64,000 bases of DNA from Vicinamibacterales bacterium. Lineage in GTDB: Bacteria > Acidobacteriota > Vicinamibacteria > Vicinamibacterales > UBA2999. The translations under genes were made by a program, and so were the position numbers. This document shows, in pieces, positions 34,210-43,147 of this stretch. The stretch spans positions 12,586 to 76,585 of the forward strand of contig JBFWXO010000010.1 in assembly GCA_050187355.1 (NCBI GenBank). The letters are read 5' to 3'. Under the pieces are notes generated by a model. That model was not told the DNA's origin, did not search any database, and was given only the letters and a program-made list of their open reading frames with translations. Positions within the stretch are counted from its first letter, which is position 1. Each line of letters opens with the position of its first letter.

Positions 34210-35711
34210 ACTCCGTCGTTCCGACCACCTCGTCCGTGCGCTCGTCCGCCGCGCCGCTGGCGATGACCGCCGCCGATTTCCGCGCCCTCGGCCACGGCCT
34301 GGTGGAGCAGCTGGCGGATCTCCTGGCAGCCATCCCCTCGGGTCCCGTGACCCGGGACGCCACGCCGTCGCTCGTCCGCCGGGCGCTCGACCTCGAGGGC
34401 CCGCTGCCCGAAGCGGGCACGCCCGCCGCCCCCCTGCTCGCCGACACGGCCGCCGGGCTCTTCGCCCATTCGCTCTTCAACGCGCATCCCCGGTTCTTCG
34501 GGTACATCACGTCGTCGCCCGCGCCAATCGGAATGCTCGGCGACCTGCTGGCGTCCGCGCTCAACGCGAACGTGGGCGCGTGGGCGCTGTCGCCCGCGGC
34601 CACCGAGCTCGAAGCGCAGACGCTCCGCTGGATTGCGTCCTTCATCGGCTATGGCGCCGGCGACGGCGTGCTCGTGAGCGGCGGCAACATGGCCAACATG
34701 GTGTGCTTCCTGGCCGCGCGCGCGGCCAAGGCGCCGTGGAACGTCCGCGAGGCCGGGATCGCCGGCGAGGGCCGCACGCTGCGCGCCTACTGCTCGGCCG
34801 AGACGCACACCTGGATCCAGAAAGCCGCCGACATGTGCGGCCTGGGGACGGCCTCCGTGCGCTGGATCCCGACCGACAGCCGGCAGCGCATGGACGTCGC
34901 GGCGCTGGTCGAGGCCATCGACCGGGACGCGGCGGCGGGCGACGTGCCGTTCCTGGTGGTCGGCACGGCGGGGTCGGTGAGCACCGGCGCCATCGATCCG
35001 CTGCGTGAGATCCACGCCGTGTGCCGCGCCCGGAACCTGTGGTTCCACGTGGACGGCGCCTACGGCGGCGTCGCCAACGCCCTGCCGGACGCACCGCCCG
35101 ATCTCGGCGGGCTCTCGCTGGCCGACTCGATCGCCGTGGACCCGCACAAGTGGCTGTACGCGCCGATCGAAGTCGGGTGCGCGCTCGTGAAGGACGCCGA
35201 CGCCCTGACCGGCGCGTTCTCCTATCACCCGCCCTACTACCACTTCGGGGAGGAAGCGACGAACTTCCTGGACCGCGGTCCGCAGAACACGCGCGGGTTC
35301 CGCGCGCTCAAGGTGTGGCTGGCGCTGAAGCACGTGGGCGCCGCGGGCTACCGCGCCATGATCGGCGACGACATCGCCGTGGCCGGGCACCTGTGGGACA
35401 CCGTGGCGCGGCACCCCGAGCTGGAGGCCGTCGGGAAGAGCCTCAGCATCGTCACGTTCCGCTACCTGCCCCCGGCGCTCCGGGCCGGCATCGGCCAGCC
35501 CGAGACCGAGCGGCGCCTCGACGCCATCAACCGCGAGATCCTCGACCGGCTGCAGCGGGGGGGCGAGGTCTTCGTGTCCAACGCCGTGGTGGACGGCCGC
35601 TACCTGCTGCGGGCCTGCGTGGTCAACTTCCACAGCACGCCGGCCGACATGGAGGCCGTGGCGGAAGTTGCCGTGCGGCTGGGGCGGGACGCGGCCGCGA
35701 TCGCCCGCTGA
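34206..35711 (+). CDS. PLP-dependent group II decarboxylase (aromatic amino acid / glutamate decarboxylase-like)
   Basis: 501 aa. The SIAVDPHKWLYAPIEVG motif carries the PLP lysine. The start overlaps the upstream stop (ATGA). Confidence 0.88.
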   Translation: MNSVVPTTSSVRSSAAPLAMTAADFRALGHGLVEQLADLLAAIPSGPVTRDATPSLVRRALDLEGPLPEAGTPAAPLLADTAAGLFAHSLFNAHPRFFGYITSSPAPIGMLGDLLASALNANVGAWALSPAATELEAQTLRWIASFIGYGAGDGVLVSGGNMANMVCFLAARAAKAPWNVREAGIAGEGRTLRAYCSAETHTWIQKAADMCGLGTASVRWIPTDSRQRMDVAALVEAIDRDAAAGDVPFLVVGTAGSVSTGAIDPLREIHAVCRARNLWFHVDGAYGGVANALPDAPPDLGGLSLADSIAVDPHKWLYAPIEVGCALVKDADALTGAFSYHPPYYHFGEEATNFLDRGPQNTRGFRALKVWLALKHVGAAGYRAMIGDDIAVAGHLWDTVARHPELEAVGKSLSIVTFRYLPPALRAGIGQPETERRLDAINREILDRLQRGGEVFVSNAVVDGRYLLRACVVNFHSTPADMEAVAEVAVRLGRDAAAIAR

Positions 35712-35869
35712 CGCCGGGCGGCACGAACCTGCGTCTGAGAATCGCGCCACGATCGTGCTCAACCGGACGGCGTCGGTCGCGAAGTCGCGATGGCATTGTG
35801 GGTCGGCAGCCGTCTCGGGCCGCAAGCGATCACGGGCGCGACGCCCGGGGTTCTCCTATACTGCGGCCA

Positions 35870-36382
35870 ATGGATGCCGCACCGCTCCTGGCGCAAATCG
35901 GACGTGCGCTGGACGACGTCGGCCTGGAGGCCGTGCTGATCGGCAATGCCGCCGCCGCGCTTCAAGGTGCGCCGGTGACGACCGTCGACTTCGATTTCCT
36001 GTTTCGGAAGACGCCTCGCAATCTCTCGAAACTGAAGGCGCTGGCGCGGGCGCTCAGGGCCACCATCCTCCGTCCCTACTACCCGGCGTCCGACCTCTAT
36101 CGCGTCGTCAGGGACGACGACGGGCTGCAACTGGACTTCATGGGGACGGTCCACGGCCTGCGCTCGTTCGAGGGCGTGCGTGACCGGGCGTCGGTCGTCG
36201 AGGTGGGCGGCGCACGGATACTCGTCGCCGCGCTCGCGGATATCATCAAGAGCAAGCGCGCGGCCGGCAGGCCTCGCGATCTGGCCGTGCTCGACGTGCT
36301 GGAGATCGCCCTTGAAGAAGCGCCCAAGCCGCCGCCGTCGCCTCGCCGCACTCGCGCGCGAAAGCCGTCGCGAACTTCGTGA
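35870..36382 (+). CDS. Nucleotidyltransferase-fold protein (MNT/AbiEii-like minimal NTase)
   Basis: 170 aa. IGNAAAALQGAPVTTVDFDFLF matches the G-x-x-A...T-x-D-x-D pattern. The C-terminal LADIIKSKRAAGRPRDLAVLDVLE helix is typical of this small NTase group. Confidence 0.5.
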   Translation: MDAAPLLAQIGRALDDVGLEAVLIGNAAAALQGAPVTTVDFDFLFRKTPRNLSKLKALARALRATILRPYYPASDLYRVVRDDDGLQLDFMGTVHGLRSFEGVRDRASVVEVGGARILVAALADIIKSKRAAGRPRDLAVLDVLEIALEEAPKPPPSPRRTRARKPSRTS

Positions 36383-36413
36383 TCGCGTCAGGCGATGGCT
36401 CGCGCTGCCGGTG

Positions 36414-37560
36414 TCACGGCGCACCAATTTTCTGAGGACGCGCGTGCGTTGGCGAGGCAGCGCCCTGTAGAGAGCGGCGCGCACGACCATCGCAGGCCCA
36501 CCGGGCCCGTCGGGGCGAGGCACGACTCCCGCCACCTGTGTAATACCAGCCCCCGTGGGCGCGCCTACCGCGCGACGGCGCAGCCAGGGCCTGCAACCGT
36601 GCTTCCAGTCTGGCCAACTGCGCCCGCAGCGCCGCGTCCGTCGCCTGCAACGCTTCGACCTGACGACGAAGCGCGGCGATCGCGGGCGATGAGTCCTCAC
36701 TGGTCGGGGCACTCGCCTGACTGCCAACGGTCCCTGTCCCTGTTGCGACCGGTGCCGTCAGCGTGCCGAGCTGGCCGTCGGCATCCACGAACACCTGGAC
36801 GGCCGGTCCGCTGAGCTGCGTGCCGTGGATGCCCGCGATGAACGTCCGGTTCTGGCCGGCGCCGCCGCTGTACGGCAAACCGAGGCGCATCGTATTGGCA
36901 TCCGTGGCCGTCCCGACCACCTCGGCGCCCAGGAACACGTTGTACGACCCCGCCGTGGCGTTGAGACCCGCGTTGAACCCCACAGCCGTGCCGAACGATC
37001 CCGTGGTGTTGGACGCGCCGGTGCCATTCGATCCCAGGGCCTGTTCGCCATCGGCGGTGTTGTAGGCGCCCGTGGTGTTGGCGTACAGCGCGGCGCGGCC
37101 GCTCGCCGTGTTTAAGTAGCCGGTGGTGTTCAGGCTGAGGGCGTCCTTGCCGACTGCGGTGTTGTAGGTCCCAGTGGCGTTCGCGACGAGGGCTCCAGTG
37201 CCGATCGCCGTGTTGGGTGTTGTCACTACCAGCGCTGTTCGAATAGAGGGCCCGGCTTCCCATCGCCGTGTTGAAGAATCCATCGCTATGGTTCAGCGCG
37301 GCGATTCCCACGACCGTGTTGTCGGGCCCACTGATGTTGTTGCGGAGCGCCCACCCTCCAATGGCAGTGTTCCTCTTGCCTGTACCTGCAGGTCGTGTCC
37401 AAAGCCTGTGCCGGTAATCGGGAGCACCCCGTCGAACGGATGCACCGTGACGCGGTGAATCGTGGGAGGCGCCACGGTCTGCGCGGCCGCCCCGGGAAGG
37501 CCCGGTGCCGCAATGAAGCCAAGGATGACAAACGCGGTCAGCGGGTGTCGCAGGTCTCAT
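36414..37560 (-). pseudogene. Frameshifted repeat protein (YadA-head / tail-fibre-like NTA-x-G-x-x-AL repeats, C-terminal coiled coil)
   Basis: The signal peptide (..LTAFVILGFIAAPGLPGAAAQ), the first repeats (NTAIGGWALRNN...NTVVGIAAL...NTAMGSRAL) and the main body (NTAIGTGALVAN...NTAVGKDAL...NTASGRAAL...NTADGEQAL) lie in three different frames. A 7-bp imperfect tandem duplication, GTGTTGG/GTGTTGT, sits at 37210-37223. The 3' end is uncertain. Confidence 0.6.
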
Positions 37561-37819
37561 CTCCAGCGGCTGGCCCTCGGCGGCGCGCAACAGCGCCCGC
37601 GACTTCCACGGTTGAGGTGGCTAATCGACGTCCGACAATAGACGAACACAGGCCCGACGCAAGGCGACGTCGGCAACGAATGAACCCCTGGTCGTTGATC
37701 GGAACGGCGTCCGGGCCATGGAAGTCATCGTCCCAGGTAAACCTTTCCCCGCGAGACTCCGTCTATTACTGTCGGTTGCTGAGAGGAGTCGTATTTCTCT
37801 CCAAAATAGTGGCGAAACC

Positions 37820-38152
37820 ATGGGAATCGACGCGGGGCTCATCAAGGGCACCCTGGATCTGCTGATCCTGAAGGTGCTGTCGCTCGAACCGATGCACGGC
37901 TGGGGCATCACCCAGCGAATCCAGGCCCGGTCGGGCGACACGCTGCTCGTCCAGCAGGGCTCGCTCTATGCCTCCCTGCACCGGCTGACCCGGGAGGGCC
38001 GCATCGCGTCGGAGTGGCGCGATACCGAGCACGCCCGGCGGGCCCGGTACTACCGCCTCACGCCGGCGGGAGAGGCCAGGCTCACGGCCGAGGTGGAGCA
38101 GTGGGAGCGGCTGTCCCGCGGCGTGGCGCTGGTGGTCGGCGCGACCAACTGA
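37820..38152 (+). CDS. PadR-family transcriptional regulator
   Basis: GTLDLLILKVLSLEPMHGWGITQRIQARSGDTLLVQQGSLYASLHRLTREGRIASEW...RYYRLTPAG. Confidence 0.92.
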   Translation: MGIDAGLIKGTLDLLILKVLSLEPMHGWGITQRIQARSGDTLLVQQGSLYASLHRLTREGRIASEWRDTEHARRARYYRLTPAGEARLTAEVEQWERLSRGVALVVGATN

Positions 38153-38304
38153 GCCCGCCGAGCTCGACTGGGTGGCGCACGGATGACCCCTTCGTCCGGC
38201 GGAGATGATCGTACAGCGTCAGTTGGCGAAGCCGGAGGAAGGGGTCGTCCGGGCGTCACCGCCATCGACGCACAGGGCCCGAGCGGCCCGGCGGAGGTCT
38301 TCCG

Positions 38305-40929
38305 ATGCGGCTCCTCTCCGACATGCTCTTCCGGCTGCGCACCCTCGTCCATCGCACCCGCCTCGAGAACGAGCTCGACGAAGAGCTCGCGTTCCACCTG
38401 GAGATGGAGGCCCGCGCCCTGCGCGAGCAGGGGTGGACGGCGGAGGCGGCCGCCTCGGAGGCCCGGCGCCGCCTTGGCGTCCTGTCGCGCGAGACGCAGC
38501 GCGCGCGCGACGCGTGGGGCCTCGCGCCGCTGCTCGATCTCGCCGCCGACGTCCGCGTGGCCCTTCGCCAGCTGCGGCGCCGCCCGGGCTTCACCGCGAT
38601 CGGCGTCGGCACGCTGGCACTCGGCCTGGCCGCGTCGGTGGCCCTGTCGAGCGTCGCCGTCGGCCTTCTGGTCCGCCCGATGCCCGTCACCGACGAAGCG
38701 CGCCTGCAGGTCTTCTGGAGCGACTACAACTGGCGCGGCGAGGAGTTCGACTTCGTCAAGGAGCGGCAGCGGGCGTTCTCGGGCCTGGCCGCGTTCTCGA
38801 ACGAAGGCTACACGCTCCGCGTCGGCGACCAGAGCGCCACCGTGCTCGCCACCGTGGCCTCGGCGGAGCTCTTCGACGTGCTCGGCGTCCGGCCGCTGAT
38901 GGGCCGCACGTTCCACCCGGGGGAAGATCGGCCGGGCGCCGCGGCCGTCACCGTGGTGAGCTACGGCTTCTGGCAGCAGGAACTGGGCGCCGACCCGGAC
39001 GTGCTCGGCCGCCGCCTCGACATCGACGGGGCGCCCGTCGAGGTCATCGGGGTGATGCCGCCCGGCTTCTACTTCCCCTCGCCGCTGTTCCGCATCTGGC
39101 GGCCGCTGCGGCTCGACCCCGCCGATCCCGCGTACGCCGGCAACGGCTGGCTGGTGCTCGTCGGCCGGGAGGGCCCCGGCCTCACCCGCGGCGAACTGGA
39201 CGCCGACATCCAGCGGATCGCCGCGTCGCTCGGGGATCGCTTCACGTACCCCGAGGCCTGGGACAAGACCAAGGGGGCGTCGGTGCAGCCGCTGCGGACC
39301 TACACCCGCGGCGCCGTCGGGCCGGCCGTGCTGCTGCTGCAGGCGGCCGTGCTGCTGGTGCTGGGCATCGCCTGCGCGAACGTGGCGGCGCTGGTCCTGG
39401 CGCGGACGACGGATCGCGGCGAGGAGCTCGCCGTGCGCACGGCGCTCGGTGCCGGCCGCTGGCGGCTCGTGCGGCAGATCGCGGCCGAGTCGCTCGTGAT
39501 GGCCGGGCTGGCCGGCGTCGTCGGCGCCGGGCTGGCCGTGGCCGTCTTTCGCGCGCTGGTGGCGCGCCTGCCGCTGCCCGACGGCCTCGAGGACACGCTT
39601 GCCGTCGACTGGGGCATGTTCGCCGTCACCGTGGGGCTCGTCGGCGTCGTGGGCGTGGTGGTGGCGCTCGCCCCGGTGCGCGCGGTGCTGACGGGCAAGG
39701 TGCAGGGACCGGGGCGCGAGCGCTCGTCCGGCGGCCTGTCGCTGCGCGCGCCCCGGCGCGTGCACGATGCGCTGGTGGCCGCCGAGGTCGCCCTCGCCGT
39801 GGCGCTTGTCGCCGGCGCCGCGCTCTTCACGCGGTCGGTGAACCACCTCTACGCCATCGACGCCGGCTTCGACGCGAGCCACGTGGCCGCCCTGGATCTC
39901 GTGGCGCCCACGCAGGTCATGCCGGCCGAGGCCCGCGCCGCGTTCTTCGACGCGGCCATCCGGCGCGTGCAGGCCATCCCGGGGGTGCGGGCGGCGGGCG
40001 TCGTCACCCGCCTGCCGCTGCGCGACGGCGGCTGGCAGGGCACGGTGACGATCGAGGACAGGCCCGACCTGCGCGATGGCCGCGAGCCGAACGCCCTCTT
40101 CCGGATCGTGTCCCCGGGCTACTTCCCGGCCATGGGCATCGCCATCGTCCGCGGCCGCAACTTCGAGCAGGGGGACGGCGCCGGGGCGCCGCCCGTGGCC
40201 CTGGTCAGCGCGTCCTTCGCCGAGCGGATGTGGCCGGGCCGCGATCCGATCGGGCGGCGCCTCCAGCACCGCTTCGAGGCCGACCCGCGGTGGCTGACGG
40301 TGGTCGGCGTCGTCGAGGAGACGCGGATGACGAGCATGACCGGCGACAACCCGATCGTCCTGTACGTGCCGCTGGCGCAGTCCTCGGCTCCCGAGGGCCC
40401 GGTGCTCGTCGTGAAAGGCGACGGCGCGGACCCGCCGCTCGCGGCCGTGCGCGCCGCCGCGCGCGAGACCGATCCGCGCGTGGCGGTCGGGCGCGTGACG
40501 ACGCTCGATGCCGTCGTCGCCACGTCCGTCGCCGAGCCGCTCCGCCTGCGCTTCTTCCTGGCGGTGCTGGGCGGGCTCGCGCTCCTCATCGGCGCGGCCG
40601 GCATCTACAGCGTCGTGTCCTACTCGGTGACGCGCCGGCGGGCGGAGTTCGGCGTGCGGCTGGCGCTCGGCGCCTCGCCAGGCCGCATCCTGGGCGACGT
40701 GCTGGGCGGCGGCCTGCGGCCCGTGGCGCTCGGCGTGATCGCGGGGCTCGCCGTCACGCTCGCCGCGGGCGGCGTGGCCGCGCGCTTCCTGTTCGGGGTG
40801 GCGCCGTCCGATGCCTCGAGTCTCGCCGCGGCGGCCGCCGTGCTGCTGGCCACGGGCGTGCTCGCGGCCGTCGTGCCGGCGGTGAGCGCGGGAAGGACCG
40901 ACCCCGTGGAGGCGCTGCGGACCGAGTGA
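38305..40929 (+). CDS. ADOP-family duplicated FtsX/MacB-like ABC permease
   Basis: 874 aa. The N-terminal LRTLVHRTRLENELDEELAFHLEMEA leader is characteristic of the acidobacterial duplicated orphan permease family. It has two FtsX-type 4-TM modules and the usual PadR partner upstream. Confidence 0.88.
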   Translation: MRLLSDMLFRLRTLVHRTRLENELDEELAFHLEMEARALREQGWTAEAAASEARRRLGVLSRETQRARDAWGLAPLLDLAADVRVALRQLRRRPGFTAIGVGTLALGLAASVALSSVAVGLLVRPMPVTDEARLQVFWSDYNWRGEEFDFVKERQRAFSGLAAFSNEGYTLRVGDQSATVLATVASAELFDVLGVRPLMGRTFHPGEDRPGAAAVTVVSYGFWQQELGADPDVLGRRLDIDGAPVEVIGVMPPGFYFPSPLFRIWRPLRLDPADPAYAGNGWLVLVGREGPGLTRGELDADIQRIAASLGDRFTYPEAWDKTKGASVQPLRTYTRGAVGPAVLLLQAAVLLVLGIACANVAALVLARTTDRGEELAVRTALGAGRWRLVRQIAAESLVMAGLAGVVGAGLAVAVFRALVARLPLPDGLEDTLAVDWGMFAVTVGLVGVVGVVVALAPVRAVLTGKVQGPGRERSSGGLSLRAPRRVHDALVAAEVALAVALVAGAALFTRSVNHLYAIDAGFDASHVAALDLVAPTQVMPAEARAAFFDAAIRRVQAIPGVRAAGVVTRLPLRDGGWQGTVTIEDRPDLRDGREPNALFRIVSPGYFPAMGIAIVRGRNFEQGDGAGAPPVALVSASFAERMWPGRDPIGRRLQHRFEADPRWLTVVGVVEETRMTSMTGDNPIVLYVPLAQSSAPEGPVLVVKGDGADPPLAAVRAAARETDPRVAVGRVTTLDAVVATSVAEPLRLRFFLAVLGGLALLIGAAGIYSVVSYSVTRRRAEFGVRLALGASPGRILGDVLGGGLRPVALGVIAGLAVTLAAGGVAARFLFGVAPSDASSLAAAAAVLLATGVLAAVVPAVSAGRTDPVEALRTE

Positions 40930-41040
40930 TCGCCGCCTGCGTCGGGCGGTGCCGACGGCGCACGCGCCGGTTGCCCGCGCGCGCCAGCGCTCCGCGCCTT
41001 ACACCACGCTACCTTCGGTGGTATACCATGGTGTAACGCC

Positions 41041-41310
41041 ATGGCGCTGAATCTCAAGAACCCGGAAGTCGAGAGGCTGGCCGCCGAGATCGCGCGGCTG
41101 ACCGGAGAGACGAAGACCGAGGCCATCCGGAAGGCGCTGGCCGAACGGCGCCGGCGCCTGAAGGGCACCGGCATCGAGGAGCGGCGAGCCCGTCTGCTGC
41201 GGCACCTCCGCACCAGGGTCTGGCCGTCGATCCCGAAGGAGCAGCTCGGCCGCCGACTGACCCGCGACGAGGAAGACGCCCTGCTCGGCTACGGCCCCGA
41301 CGGCGTATGA
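41041..41310 (+). CDS. vapB: Type II antitoxin, VapB family (Rv0623/PSK-like)
   Basis: MALNLKNPEVERLAAEIARLTGETKTEAIRKAL... The gene overlaps the PIN toxin start by 4 nt. Confidence 0.85.
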   Translation: MALNLKNPEVERLAAEIARLTGETKTEAIRKALAERRRRLKGTGIEERRARLLRHLRTRVWPSIPKEQLGRRLTRDEEDALLGYGPDGV

Positions 41311-41693
41311 CGCTGGACACATCCGCGCTCATCGCCGTCCTCTTTGCCGAGCCCGGCTACCTGGGTCTCGTCGACCGCATCCTGCAGGCAGAGACGGTCC
41401 GCGTGGGGGCGCCCACCCTGGTCGAGGCCGGCATGGTGCTCGCGGGCCGCCGCGGCCGCCCCGGGCCCGAGCTGGACGACCTGGTGAAGGAACTGGCGAT
41501 CACCGTCGTGCCGTTCGGCGAGGCCGAGTGGCATCGTGCGGCCCATGCGTTTGCGACGTTCGGGCGCGGCCGCCACAGGGCGGGACTGAACTTCGGCGAT
41601 TGCCTGGCCTATGGCGTGGCTGCGGCGGCCGGCGACGCGTTGCTCTACGTCGGCGACGACTTCGCGCACACCGACATCCGAAGCGCACGCTGA
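41307..41693 (+). CDS. vapC: Type II toxin VapC (PIN-domain ribonuclease)
   Basis: MTLDTSALIAVL (first acidic residue), ...NFGDCLAYGVAAAAGDALLYVGDDF. Confidence 0.9.
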   Translation: MTLDTSALIAVLFAEPGYLGLVDRILQAETVRVGAPTLVEAGMVLAGRRGRPGPELDDLVKELAITVVPFGEAEWHRAAHAFATFGRGRHRAGLNFGDCLAYGVAAAAGDALLYVGDDFAHTDIRSAR

Positions 41694-41724
41694 AAGCGGG
41701 CGGCTCCGCTGCCGGTCCGGGGCG

Positions 41725-43143
41725 TCAGGCCTGCATCAGATCGCGATCGATGGCGGCGGCGGCCTGCCGCCCGTCGGCGATCGCCCACACGATGAGCGAC
41801 TGCCCGCGCTGCATGTCGCCGGCGGCGTAGACGCCGGGGACGCTCGTCTGCCACGCGTCGTCGCGCCACACGCTGCCGCGCTCGGTCATCCGCACGCCGA
41901 GATCGGCCAGCAGACGGCTCTTCACGGGGCCGGTGAAGCCCATCGCCAGGAGCACGAGGTCCGCGGGCAGGGTGAACGCGCTGCCGGCCACCGGCTCGAA
42001 GCGCACGCGCCCGTTCGACGAGATGCCCGAGACACGCTCGGCGTGCAGGCGCCCGACGCGTCCGCCGTCGCCCGAGAAACCCGTCGTCGCCACCGAGAAC
42101 TCGCGCGCGCCGCCCTCCTCGTGCGCCGTCGAGGTGCGATAGACGAGCGGCCACAGCGGCCAGGGGTTGTCCGCGGCACGTGCCGCCGGCGGCGCCGGCA
42201 GCAGTTCCAGCTGCGTCACCGACGCCGCGCCCTGGCGGTGCACCGTGCCCAGGCAGTCGGCGCCGGTGTCGCCGCCGCCGATGATCACGACGTGCCGGCC
42301 CGCGGCGCTCATGGCCGGGGGCGGTTCTGCGCCGTCCTCGCAGGCGCGGTTCTGCGCCGTGAGGTAGTCCATCGCGAAGTGGATGCCGTCGAGATCGCGG
42401 CCGGGCACCGGCAGGTCGCGCGGCTGGCCGGCCCCGCCCGCGAGCAGCACCGCGTCGAAGTCGCGCGTGAGGTCCCGGGCGGCGACGTCCTCGCCCACGT
42501 GGACGCCCGTCCGGAACACCACGCCCTCGGCCTCGAGCAGCGCGAGGCGCCGATCGAGGACGTGCTTCTCCAGCTTGAACTCCGGGATGCCGTAGCGCAG
42601 CAGGCCGCCGATGCGGTCCGCCTTCTCGAACACCGTCACCGTGTGCCCCGCCCGGTTCAGCTCCGCGGCGGCCGCCAGGCCGGCCGGGCCCGAGCCGATC
42701 ACGGCCACCTTCTTCCACGTGCGCGTGACGGGCGGTTCGGGGGTGATCCAGCCCTCGTCGAAGGCGCGGTCCACGATCGCGAGCTCGATCGACTTGATGG
42801 TCACGGCCTCGCGGTTCAGGGCGAGCACGCACGAGCCCTCGCACGGCGCGGGGCAGAGCAGGCCCGTGAACTCCGGGAAGTTGTTCGTCGCGTGCAGCCG
42901 GTCCACCGCCGCCCGCCACGCGCCGCGGTAGACGAGGTCGTTCCACTCGGGGATCAGGTTGCCGAGCGGGCACCCGTGGTGGCAGAAGGGCACGCCGCAG
43001 TCCATGCAGCGCGCGCTCTGGCGGGTGAGCTCGTCGGCCTGGTAGTGGAGCTGCACGTGCCGGAAGTCGGCCACGCGGTCGGCGACGGGCCGGGCCGGCG
43101 CCTTGACGCGCGCGTAGTCGATGAAGCCGGTGGCTCTGCCCAT
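41725..43143 (-). CDS. gltD: Glutamate synthase (NADPH) small subunit
   Basis: RCMDCGVPFCHHGCPLGNLIPEWNDL, VAVIGSGPAGLAAA, VVIIGGGDTGADC. Confidence 0.95.
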   Translation of the reverse strand: MGRATGFIDYARVKAPARPVADRVADFRHVQLHYQADELTRQSARCMDCGVPFCHHGCPLGNLIPEWNDLVYRGAWRAAVDRLHATNNFPEFTGLLCPAPCEGSCVLALNREAVTIKSIELAIVDRAFDEGWITPEPPVTRTWKKVAVIGSGPAGLAAAAELNRAGHTVTVFEKADRIGGLLRYGIPEFKLEKHVLDRRLALLEAEGVVFRTGVHVGEDVAARDLTRDFDAVLLAGGAGQPRDLPVPGRDLDGIHFAMDYLTAQNRACEDGAEPPPAMSAAGRHVVIIGGGDTGADCLGTVHRQGAASVTQLELLPAPPAARAADNPWPLWPLVYRTSTAHEEGGAREFSVATTGFSGDGGRVGRLHAERVSGISSNGRVRFEPVAGSAFTLPADLVLLAMGFTGPVKSRLLADLGVRMTERGSVWRDDAWQTSVPGVYAAGDMQRGQSLIVWAIADGRQAAAAIDRDLMQA

Positions 43144-43147
43144 GACG

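Noticed and set aside
35870-37560. Prophage remnant call for the NTase plus tail-fibre-like pseudogene region
   Set aside because: No integrase, capsid, terminase, att sites or tRNA were seen. Two genes are insufficient evidence.
37626-37778. Distant imperfect inverted repeat (CCGACAATAGACG ... CGTCTATTACTGTCGG) upstream of padR
   Set aside because: The arms are about 115 bp apart and differ by indels. I could not tie it to a MITE, a terminator or a PadR operator, and the match is short enough to be chance.
38050-41036. 739-aa minus-strand and 943-aa plus-strand ORFs overlapping the ADOP permease
   Set aside because: The frame 38305-40929 gives the canonical ADOP leader and FtsX modules. 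The others are compositional artefacts.
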